Origin: a virus
Lineage: Duplodnaviria > Caudoviricetes
Virus record (IMG/VR): IMGVR_UViG_3300016666_000113
Span: 1 to 33,397 of that record
Reading direction: 5' to 3' (one strand)
DNA length: 33,397 nucleotides
Below, in pieces: positions 18,419 to 24,600 of the stretch. The position numbers and the translations under genes were made by a program. The notes below the pieces were generated by a model that saw only the letters and a program-made list of their open reading frames with translations, searched no databases and was not told the DNA's origin. Each line of letters begins with the position of its first letter. The stretch's first letter is position 1.

Positions 18419-18579
18419 TTTTTCTTCATCGCTTTCTTGGCTTGCGACAAACCAATGGCAACGGCTTGTTTTTGGCTCTTCACGACAGGGCCACCCTTGC
18501 CTGAGTGCAACTTTCCTTTGCCATACTCAGACATGACTTTGCCCATTTTCTTCTCACCTGCTTTAGTCATTTTCATCAT
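18415..18579 (-). CDS. Small basic protein, possibly DUF6496-like (not in ORF track)
   Basis: Manual translation, 54 aa: MMKMTKAGEKKMGKVMSEYGKGKLHSGKGGPVVKSQKQAVAIGLSQAKKAMKKK; GGAG SD; stop overlaps HNH start. Family name recalled, not verified. Confidence 0.75.
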   Translation of the reverse strand: MMKMTKAGEKKMGKVMSEYGKGKLHSGKGGPVVKSQKQAVAIGLSQAKKAMKKK

Positions 18580-18991
18580 CGTTCTCCATCATTACAGGGG
18601 CTTTTTCCCACGCCTTGCAGACACGCAAGTTATGGCAGATAAACTCGAATTTATGGCAGTAACCACGACCACCACCGTCTTTGTCGAACTCGTCTTGAGG
18701 CACGACTTCCATCGCCTCTAAAGTGTCGGGTTGGTCATCGAAATACTCACAGTTCGCACACAGTCTGCGCTTGGCTTGATCTGGGGAAATGCGCCAGACG
18801 TTTGCTAGACCACGCCAGAACTCTGTGTTAGGTGCGTCAACCTTAACAGGGCCGAGCATTTGTGTCTCAACCAAGGTAGAACGGGTTTTTGCGTTTGATT
18901 CTTTTGTCAGACCTTCAATCACAGGCTTCTCTGCCTCGATTTCCTCGATCTCAACTTTAATTTCAGCAGCGGGGGCTAAAAGTCCAGCCAT
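18563..18991 (-). CDS. Cys-cluster protein with HiPIP-like ligand pattern; first gene of late operon
   Basis: 142 aa; CANCEYF...GYCHKFEFICHNLRVCKAW; begins MAGLL. Confidence 0.6.
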   Translation of the reverse strand: MAGLLAPAAEIKVEIEEIEAEKPVIEGLTKESNAKTRSTLVETQMLGPVKVDAPNTEFWRGLANVWRISPDQAKRRLCANCEYFDDQPDTLEAMEVVPQDEFDKDGGGRGYCHKFEFICHNLRVCKAWEKAPVMMENDDEND

Positions 18992-19006
18992 ATAAGCCTT
19001 TCATGG

Positions 19007-19043
19007 TTTTCGTCATTCTACGAAAAAAAAGGCAGTCCGTAAA
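19007..19043 (-). promoter_or_regulatory. Sigma70-like promoter for the late operon, overlapped by an inverted repeat
   Basis: TTTACG (19043-19038)-17 nt-TAGAAT (19020-19015); inverted repeat TTTTCGT-N6-ACGAAAA at 19007-19026. Confidence 0.6.
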
Positions 19044-19064
19044 CCGCCAAAGGTCGGCAACTGC
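19023..19064 (-). terminator. Putative terminator ending the nin-like region
   Basis: GCAGU(UG)CCG...CGGACUGC stem, then C and eight U, just past the stop at 19080. Confidence 0.6.
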
Positions 19065-19079
19065 TCAGATTACCAACGG

Positions 19080-19391
19080 TTAGATTTTAACCTCTTCAGG
19101 CCATAGATTTCGCTTAATCAGTTCATCAATCGTCTTTCTGTGTGCTTTTTCCCACAGTTCAGCCCTTTCATCTTTGCTCATCCGAGAACCTTGGTCAAGT
19201 TCAAAATGACACCTCAGACATAAAGCCGCTGTGTATTCGTCAGAAGCCTTTATCCCCCTGCCCTTCCCATGTTTGAGTTGGTTAGAGTGAGCCGCTTGGG
19301 TTGAGCCTTCCAGACCACAATGCTGACAGGCTAGGCTTGCGACATTCTTTAGGTGTTTCTTTGACCTGAAATATTTGAACTTAGGTATCAT
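19080..19391 (-). CDS. DUF1364/DUF968-like Zn-binding putative nuclease
   Basis: From ATG 19391; CQHCG...AAHSN..HGKGRGIKASD....LCLRCH. Confidence 0.7.
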   Translation of the reverse strand: MIPKFKYFRSKKHLKNVASLACQHCGLEGSTQAAHSNQLKHGKGRGIKASDEYTAALCLRCHFELDQGSRMSKDERAELWEKAHRKTIDELIKRNLWPEEVKI

Positions 19392-19605
19392 TTCTAACCC
19401 AAATAGCAAAAGATTGAGCCGTGTCTCCAAACGGGAGTTTTTCTATTTTGTTGGCGATTCGTTCTTTTTCTGCTTCTGCCACAAGTTTGGCAAAGTTCAT
19501 CAAATGCTCGTTATAAAAAACAAATGAGACTTCGCCAGACCTATGATTTTCGACACCATGTGATGCCGCCTGTCTTGCCATCTCAATGATTTCATCTTGT
19601 GTCAT
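19381..19605 (-). CDS. Hypothetical protein
   Basis: MTQDEIIEMARQA...FAKLVAEAEKER; ATGA-coupled to upstream stop; GGGGTGG SD. Confidence 0.7.
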   Translation of the reverse strand: MTQDEIIEMARQAASHGVENHRSGEVSFVFYNEHLMNFAKLVAEAEKERIANKIEKLPFGDTAQSFAIWVRNDT

Positions 19606-20222
19606 AAACCACCCCAAAAGTTAGATTTGTAGTCTTTCCACCGCTTACCGTTCTTAATGTCCCAAATGACCCGTTTAGAGACTCCATAACGCTCTGAAAG
19701 CACTCTCTGGGTATCTGGGCTTACCCGAATCAAATCAGCCTGTTCCTGCGTCAATTTACCCCGTTTACGGGACTGTTCTGAAATCCTCGATGCCCTCACA
19801 GGATTCGATGCGTAAGATTTGTCCATTGTCTGCGCTAAAGACTTGCGATTTACCGCCCGAATGTGATCTTCGGCTAGGCATCGTTTGTTTTTGCAGATTG
19901 TGGTGTAAACATCGCCTTTTCGCTTACTTTTTCCGTATATCTGAGCAATGATTCCCCTGACTGTCGCTGTTTTCTGGTTGTACCGAATGATCGGATACCC
20001 GTAACAACTTGTCGTTGAAGTCCAAATCAGGCAATCCCCGTCTGGTTCAGTTCTGGACAGCAGGAGTTGAAGTGAGGGTGTTAATGGCTTGGTTGAGGAC
20101 TTTCGGGGGGACTCTTGTCCATTCTTCTTGGCAGATTTGTAGAGCGTTGTCGATTGTGATTGCAAACTCTCGTTTCCACTTAAATCCTGACTTTGAACAT
20201 TCGAGGAGTATGTTTCCAGCAC
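19602..20222 (-). CDS. Degenerate HNH/His-Me finger protein with C-terminal HTH (start uncertain)
   Basis: DCLIWT....YGYP, CKNKRCLAEDHI, then KLTQEQADLIR...QRVLSERYGVSKRVIWDIKNGKRW. Confidence 0.6.
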   Translation of the reverse strand: MLETYSSNVQSQDLSGNESLQSQSTTLYKSAKKNGQESPRKSSTKPLTPSLQLLLSRTEPDGDCLIWTSTTSCYGYPIIRYNQKTATVRGIIAQIYGKSKRKGDVYTTICKNKRCLAEDHIRAVNRKSLAQTMDKSYASNPVRASRISEQSRKRGKLTQEQADLIRVSPDTQRVLSERYGVSKRVIWDIKNGKRWKDYKSNFWGGL

Positions 20223-20457
20223 TTTTTAACTTTCTGTATTCAACTGAATCTGTTTTCTTGAGTTCTTCGTAACAAGTCATCATGGCGTAGACAGGAAGTG
20301 ATGTGGCGACCATCTCGCTTGAGGCATCTTCTCCGTCATCCAATAGGAAGATTGAAATCCTGTGGCTTGTTATTGAGTCTTTGAGTTTCTGTTTAGCAAT
20401 AGCCCTAGCGACAGGATTCATGCCTGTGTTTCGGTCTACCTTGGTGACAAACTTCAT
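20047..20457 (-). CDS. Hypothetical protein
   Basis: 136 aa, ATGA-coupled to the upstream small ORF. Confidence 0.65.
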   Translation of the reverse strand: MKFVTKVDRNTGMNPVARAIAKQKLKDSITSHRISIFLLDDGEDASSEMVATSLPVYAMMTCYEELKKTDSVEYRKLKSAGNILLECSKSGFKWKREFAITIDNALQICQEEWTRVPPKVLNQAINTLTSTPAVQN

Positions 20458-20561
20458 TTGTGCTTTTCAATGTGCTTAATGAGAATGTCTGTGGCAGCGG
20501 CTAGGATTCTAAAAACCAAAACGCACAATGCGCCAAAAATAAAATATTGAATATCGCTCAT
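20454..20561 (-). CDS. 35-aa single-pass membrane peptide (not in ORF track)
   Basis: MSDIQYFIFGALCVLVFRILAAATDILIKHIEKHK; GGAG SD; ATGA overlaps at both ends. Confidence 0.65.
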   Translation of the reverse strand: MSDIQYFIFGALCVLVFRILAAATDILIKHIEKHK

Positions 20562-20971
20562 GTTTTCTCCGTAAAAGTAATACCATTCTCAGCACCCCAA
20601 GCGTTTAGCCACTCTACAAACTCGCTTGCTTGTTCTTTTGTGAAACTTCTTGATTGCAATCCAAGTTGGACAATTCCAGTACCGTCTAGGCTTGGCACGA
20701 TCTGACCTTGGTTTGTGTTCGTATCTTTTGCAAATTGCCACAACAGAAAACGCTTCCAGCTTTCAGAGTCCCACTTAGAACCTAGGTGGCTTGCTTGTTT
20801 GGCAATGTCGCCAATCATGGCGTGATATTTTTCCTCTTGTTCACGGCTCTTGTTTACCGCTTTGATCTCAAGAGACAAATGCTTACCGCTTTTTATGGCT
20901 TCTTTGACTTTAGGCCATATCGTCTGCATTAACGATGTTGCTTGCTCTGGTGTTCTTAATTCGTACTTCAC
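20558..20971 (-). CDS. ninB: NinB/Orf-family recombination protein
   Basis: SREQEEKYHAMIGDIAKQ, WKRFL, VPSLDGTGIVQLGLQSRSFTKEQASEFVEWLNAWGAENGI. Confidence 0.8.
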   Translation of the reverse strand: MKYELRTPEQATSLMQTIWPKVKEAIKSGKHLSLEIKAVNKSREQEEKYHAMIGDIAKQASHLGSKWDSESWKRFLLWQFAKDTNTNQGQIVPSLDGTGIVQLGLQSRSFTKEQASEFVEWLNAWGAENGITFTEKT

Positions 20972-21234
20972 TTGACCACTCCAATCATTCTTAAAGCTGC
21001 TTCAGGGCCATCAATGCGGCAGAGAGTCCCACCGCACCACTTCTCGAAAAACTCTGTCTGTAATTTTGTCAGCTTTTTCTTGGAATTTGTCTTGACCTCA
21101 ACTAAAAAAGTCTTGTTGTTGTATCCAACCAACAAATCCACAGGCAATCCGATAATCCACACATAAGCGCCAGCAGCCCTCAAAGCAGAAACGATCTGCT
21201 CTTGGTTTGCGTCTACCCTAGCTGCGTATCTCAT
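20968..21234 (-). CDS. VRR-NUC-like PD-(D/E)xK nuclease (putative junction resolvase)
   Basis: AARVDANQEQIV.ALR..G, PVDLLVG.....LVEVK, LTKLQ.EF...W.G. Confidence 0.75.
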   Translation of the reverse strand: MRYAARVDANQEQIVSALRAAGAYVWIIGLPVDLLVGYNNKTFLVEVKTNSKKKLTKLQTEFFEKWCGGTLCRIDGPEAALRMIGVVK

Positions 21235-21449
21235 ACACCATCACACCACATCAGGTGGCAGTAGCGATTAAAGTCTTTTGTGTCTAACTTTGCTGTCAGT
21301 TCACAAACTGTGTCAAGATAGTAAAGCGCCTCAAACTCACAACTCATCGCAGCGATAAAGTCACCCCTGCAAATAGCTGAAAAGCGTCTTTGTGCAGCTT
21401 GAGTATAGAGATATTTATACGTTAGTGCCTTGTTGATTAGTTCGTTCAT
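21231..21449 (-). CDS. Hypothetical protein
   Basis: 72 aa; stop overlaps the nuclease ATG. Confidence 0.55.
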   Translation of the reverse strand: MNELINKALTYKYLYTQAAQRRFSAICRGDFIAAMSCEFEALYYLDTVCELTAKLDTKDFNRYCHLMWCDGV

Positions 21450-21633
21450 TTTTTATCCTGTTCATGCGTTGTCTCAAATCCAAAGTAGCGGATTCGCCTC
21501 TGATTCTCCGCAAGTCCTCTAACACGCCCTGCCACCATGCGTATGCTTTCCTTGAGCCTAAAGTCGATACTTTCTCGGCATAGCGGTTCAGCCATTCTTT
21601 TGCTTCGCAGTTTTTCAGATGTTCTAAGTCCAT
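21415..21633 (-). CDS. Hypothetical protein
   Basis: 72 aa; CEAKEW...RIRGE pattern; starts 2 nt after the MTase stop. Confidence 0.6.
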   Translation of the reverse strand: MDLEHLKNCEAKEWLNRYAEKVSTLGSRKAYAWWQGVLEDLRRIRGESATLDLRQRMNRIKNERTNQQGTNV

Positions 21634-21635
21634 TT

Positions 21636-22367
21636 TTATAAATCATTCAGAATTCTCCAAGCGGTTGCCGCCACTCTTGGAACTTGTGCATTCCCAATGG
21701 CTTTAGTTCTGTCCACTTGTCCGGGAAGTACATTATGAGTTCTAGATAGTCCGGGTCGTAGTATTGATCGCAATCCTGGCTCGTTCTTATCCACTCCGTT
21801 GTAAAACTTGCTCTGTATTCTCGGCTTCCCCAATATCTTTTCTTTGCCGCACCTCTCCACATACTTGTGACTGGGGTCGGTAGCCAGCACCCAAATTCGT
21901 TCTCTCCTATGGGGTAATCCAATCGAGTCTGCTCCCAACACTCCCCATTTCGCATCAAACCCCAATTTGGCAAGGTCGCACAAGACTCTGTCGAGTCCTC
22001 GAATAGTGAGCATTGGTGAGTTTTCAATGAATGCGTATTTGGGTCGTACTTCGCAAATGATGCGAGCCATTTCTCGCCACATTCCAGAGGCTTCTCCGTC
22101 AATCCCTGCTCCTTTTCCTGCGACTGAAATGTCCGTACATGGAAAGCCTCCCGATACGACATCAACAATGCCTCTCCAAGGTCGTCCGTCAAAGGTTTGA
22201 ACATCATCCCAAATCGGGAAAGGCGGGAGAAGTCCGTCATTTTGTCGGGCGCACAATACGCTTGCTGGATAGGGTTCCCATTCAACGGCGCAGACTGTTC
22301 GCCATCCGAGAAGTTTTCCCCCAAGTATTCCGCCACCAGCGCCTGCGAATAAAGCCAACTCATTCAT
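21636..22367 (-). CDS. C5-cytosine DNA methyltransferase, main (alpha-like) polypeptide
   Basis: Motif I LFAGAGG, IV GGFPCTDIS, VI IENS, VIII PHRRERIW, X KAIGNAQVP; only 243 aa and no recognisable motif IX. Confidence 0.9.
   Translation of the reverse strand: MNELALFAGAGGGILGGKLLGWRTVCAVEWEPYPASVLCARQNDGLLPPFPIWDDVQTFDGRPWRGIVDVVSGGFPCTDISVAGKGAGIDGEASGMWREMARIICEVRPKYAFIENSPMLTIRGLDRVLCDLAKLGFDAKWGVLGADSIGLPHRRERIWVLATDPSHKYVERCGKEKILGKPRIQSKFYNGVDKNEPGLRSILRPGLSRTHNVLPGQVDRTKAIGNAQVPRVAATAWRILNDL
21647..22363 (-). CDS. Alternative-frame (beta-like) polypeptide of the C5 methyltransferase
   Basis: 238-codon frame nested in the MTase gene, ATG 4 nt after the MTase ATG; C-terminal DPDYLELIMYFPDKWTEL resembles motif IX. 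Confidence 0.7.
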   Translation of the reverse strand: MSWLYSQALVAEYLGENFSDGEQSAPLNGNPIQQAYCAPDKMTDFSRLSRFGMMFKPLTDDLGEALLMSYREAFHVRTFQSQEKEQGLTEKPLECGEKWLASFAKYDPNTHSLKTHQCSLFEDSTESCATLPNWGLMRNGECWEQTRLDYPIGENEFGCWLPTPVTSMWRGAAKKRYWGSREYRASFTTEWIRTSQDCDQYYDPDYLELIMYFPDKWTELKPLGMHKFQEWRQPLGEF

Positions 22368-23140
22368 GCCACCTTTCCCTTCAAAATTTCATTTATTCTT
22401 GCTTGAACCTCTGCACTCGGTTTAGCCGCCTTCTTTCGATCTTCCTCAATCTTCCGCAGGGCAGCATCATGGTTGGCAGGTGTTGGGGTTGTAATTCTGG
22501 CAATGTCCTGTTGGCTCACCTTTTGAGCCACCCAATCAGCCTTAAATGCTTGCCAGCCACGAACACAGCACTCGCTCAAAGCCTGTTCCAATGTCCAACC
22601 AGCTTTCTGAGCCTCAGACCTTAGACCATCCAACGCTCTTTCGGTTATCGGGGCTTTCTTAGCTTTTCTAAGGGTTTTGAAATCCTGCCAAACAGAATCT
22701 GAAACGCCTTCAGGCGTAGCAACGACAGTTGCTTTATTCTTTATTGGTTTTTGGTTATTGGTTATTGGTTCTTGGTTAGCATCAAAAACAGATTCGTTCG
22801 TATTGCGTTCGGTATGCGTTCGCATTGCCTTCGCATTATTCCATCGTGCGTTCGCACTCTTTGCGGCACTTTCGCTCTTTGCATGATACTTAGCAATTTC
22901 ACGATCGCAGCGGTTGTGATGCCACTTATCCACAGATTTTTCAAAGAAGTGACGCAAAAGCAAATGCACCGTTTTTTCATCCGAACGCATTGCAAACGCA
23001 ATACTTTCTAGATCATCATCAAATGGTTTTTCTTCTGTGTAGTAAACCCACAACATACGCAAATAAGTTGCAAGCTGATGATCGTCAAGGTTTGTTGTGT
23101 CCTTGATAAAGTCGCCAATGTGATGCTGGTAGTAGTGCAT
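22364..23140 (-). CDS. Replication initiator, DUF1376/YdaU family
   Basis: From ATG 23140: MHYYQHHIGDFIKDT..L......YLRMLWVYY.EEKP; KSANARW; NQEPITNNQKP linker; C-terminal WQDF...RKAKKAPIT...GWQAFKADW. Confidence 0.85.
   Translation of the reverse strand: MHYYQHHIGDFIKDTTNLDDHQLATYLRMLWVYYTEEKPFDDDLESIAFAMRSDEKTVHLLLRHFFEKSVDKWHHNRCDREIAKYHAKSESAAKSANARWNNAKAMRTHTERNTNESVFDANQEPITNNQKPIKNKATVVATPEGVSDSVWQDFKTLRKAKKAPITERALDGLRSEAQKAGWTLEQALSECCVRGWQAFKADWVAQKVSQQDIARITTPTPANHDAALRKIEEDRKKAAKPSAEVQARINEILKGKVA
22741..22854. repeat. Putative replication origin (iterons) inside the initiator gene
   Basis: TTGGTT five times at 7-bp period (22744-22777); TGCGTTCG-like octamers at 22793, 22804, 22815, 22826 and 22847; inverted copy at 22982. 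Confidence 0.65.
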
Positions 23141-23373
23141 TATGCTGCCCAATCCACATGATCGACTATTTGCAAAACAAGATAGCGTTCTGTTTGGCTT
23201 TCTTTTGCCAAGCGTCTAGCTTCTTTGGTCGCTAGTTCTTGTGATTTGTGAGTTGAAGTAAAGCGCAAAGAATGTTTTGATCTTGCGTGTCGCATAACCA
23301 CAAAGTCGCCTTCAAATTCAACTAGGGGTTTATCGCCTATACGTTTAGGCTTTTTGAGAGTGAGTGTTGCCAC
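23140..23373 (-). CDS. Hypothetical protein coupled to the initiator gene
   Basis: 77 aa from GTG 23373; H.S...A..EARRLA motif; TAATG overlap with initiator. Confidence 0.65.
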   Translation of the reverse strand: MATLTLKKPKRIGDKPLVEFEGDFVVMRHARSKHSLRFTSTHKSQELATKEARRLAKESQTERYLVLQIVDHVDWAA

Positions 23374-23404
23374 TTTTAACCTGCTTTCATCGGTTGCTTT
23401 CACT

Positions 23405-23464
23405 AAACACAAATGGCAGGGCGGTGAAAGAATCGCCTTTTCGGGAGCTACCCTAGCCGTGTTT
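23405..23464 (-). ncRNA. Structured RNA, c4 antisense-like
   Basis: AAACAC/GUGUUU closing stem, GGC(U)AG/CUGCC inner stem, GGCG-AUUCUUUCAC-CGCC hairpin whose loop is complementary to two downstream sites; own promoter upstream. Confidence 0.55.
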
Positions 23465-23470
23465 CAAAAC

Positions 23471-23500
23471 ATTATACCTGTTTCACAAATATCCCGTCAG
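23471..23500 (-). promoter_or_regulatory. Sigma70-like promoter driving the structured RNA and replication genes
   Basis: CTGACG (23500-23495)-18 nt-TATAAT (23476-23471), 6 nt upstream of the RNA stem. Confidence 0.6.
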
Positions 23501-23777
23501 CCCCTAGATAACCCTTACGGTCTTTGATTTCCTCGTAAGCGCCCTTAAAGCACTCCACAAGGTCTAAATCCGCACAGGCGCAACCCATCACCAAAGTCAC
23601 CAGAATATCCCCGTAGGCATCCTTCATAGCCTCTTTGTCGCCATTCCTGATAGCGTCTATGAGTTCGTCTAGTTCCTCTTGGGTCTTGACAGCTTGAGCC
23701 TCTGGGGTGGAGTTCTGAACGATTCCTCTCGCCTCACCCCATTGGATAACCTTAATTTCAGTCGCTGCGTAACTCAT
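23472..23777 (-). CDS. MazG-like nucleotide pyrophosphohydrolase
   Basis: From ATG 23777; WGEARGI, KTQEELDEL, DAYGDILVTL, AYEEIKDRKG....GIFVK. Confidence 0.85.
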   Translation of the reverse strand: MSYAATEIKVIQWGEARGIVQNSTPEAQAVKTQEELDELIDAIRNGDKEAMKDAYGDILVTLVMGCACADLDLVECFKGAYEEIKDRKGYLGADGIFVKQV

Positions 23778-23926
23778 CAGAAACAACTTGTGGTACACAT
23801 ATTAGGGCCAGAACAAGTGGTTGTGCAAGTTACCATCTTGTTACCCACCATGTAGGTGTGGGTTGAGAACTGAGCCAAAGCGACACTAGAAGCCAAGGCT
23901 AAAACGATTCCGATTACTGTTTTCAT
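23777..23926 (-). CDS. 49-aa exported peptide with four Cys (not in ORF track)
   Basis: MKTVIGIVLALASSVALA-QFSTHTYMVGNKMVTCTTTCSGPNMCTTSCF; GAGGTG SD; ATGA and TGATG overlaps with neighbours. Confidence 0.8.
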   Translation of the reverse strand: MKTVIGIVLALASSVALAQFSTHTYMVGNKMVTCTTTCSGPNMCTTSCF

Positions 23927-24303
23927 AAAGCACCTCTAAAAATACGCTTATCACCCATAAGCGAGGGGTATTGCAGGAAGTCATACGCACCAGGTCGCTG
24001 ACAAGTCCTAGTCAATTCTTTACCATCATAAAAGCCCACAGTCGTTCCTGCCACAACTTTTCTGGTAGTGGCGATCTTTGGCGCTTCCATCGCCTTACGC
24101 CCGTGTTCCGTGATATGCCACAAATCATCACCGTGTTGCGAAATTACAACAACCAGCCCTGCTTGAGCCATTTCCTCTAGGTATCTCTGGAAATGTACAG
24201 ATAGTTGGCTGTTTCCCGTGTCTCCGTGGGTAAACGATCTGGTGGACTTTGGGCCATACGCCAGCCGCTTGAGCATATCTTTGTGAGCGTTTCTGAGTTT
24301 CAT
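23923..24303 (-). CDS. Putative winged-helix DNA-binding protein
   Basis: YLEEMAQAGLV.......WHITEHGRKAM wing pattern; C-terminal RPGAYDFLQYPS. Confidence 0.6.
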   Translation of the reverse strand: MKLRNAHKDMLKRLAYGPKSTRSFTHGDTGNSQLSVHFQRYLEEMAQAGLVVVISQHGDDLWHITEHGRKAMEAPKIATTRKVVAGTTVGFYDGKELTRTCQRPGAYDFLQYPSLMGDKRIFRGAL

Positions 24304-24509
24304 TCAAACATTCCCTGTGAAAGTGATTTCCTGCCAATGACTAAATTCTTCGTTATCCAAGCACGATCACACCTGCCAGCTTCTCTCATCTTGAGTTCAT
24401 ACCGTACAGAACAATCGTCACAAGGGGACACGTTTTCCTTGGCTTGTTTTGCAAGCGTAACCCACTCTCGATATTGCTCATAGGAAAAAAAGCATTTTGG
24501 GAAGTACAT
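24300..24509 (-). CDS. Small Cys-containing (possibly Zn-binding) protein; first leftward gene
   Basis: PKCF...QYREW...CDDC...M...GRC; ATGA-coupled downstream. Confidence 0.65.
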   Translation of the reverse strand: MYFPKCFFSYEQYREWVTLAKQAKENVSPCDDCSVRYELKMREAGRCDRAWITKNLVIGRKSLSQGMFE

Positions 24510-24572
24510 GATTTATTGTGTATCAAAAAAGCGACATTAGCGTTGCTTCCTTGCAACAGACTAAAAATATTT

Positions 24573-24600
24573 TTCACAACCGCAGATTTTTGATTATGAT
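24573..24600 (+). promoter_or_regulatory. Sigma70-like rightward early promoter
   Basis: TTCACA (24573-24578)-16 nt-TATGAT (24595-24600) in the AT-rich divergent intergenic region. Confidence 0.55.

Noticed and set aside
21446-21646. 66-aa ORF overlapping 21415-21633
   Set aside because: No recognisable features; the competing frame looks more protein-like. Not fully excluded.
16533-22367. MTase plus glycosyltransferases as a DNA hypermodification pathway
   Set aside because: No TET/JBP dioxygenase or hydroxymethylase is visible, and the GTs lie in the late operon; less likely but not excluded.
20968-22367. MTase plus nuclease as a restriction-modification system
   Set aside because: The 88-aa nuclease looks like a nin-region VRR-NUC resolvase rather than a restriction enzyme.
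23405-23464. Structured element as a tRNA
   Set aside because: Too short, with no T-loop or D-loop consensus.
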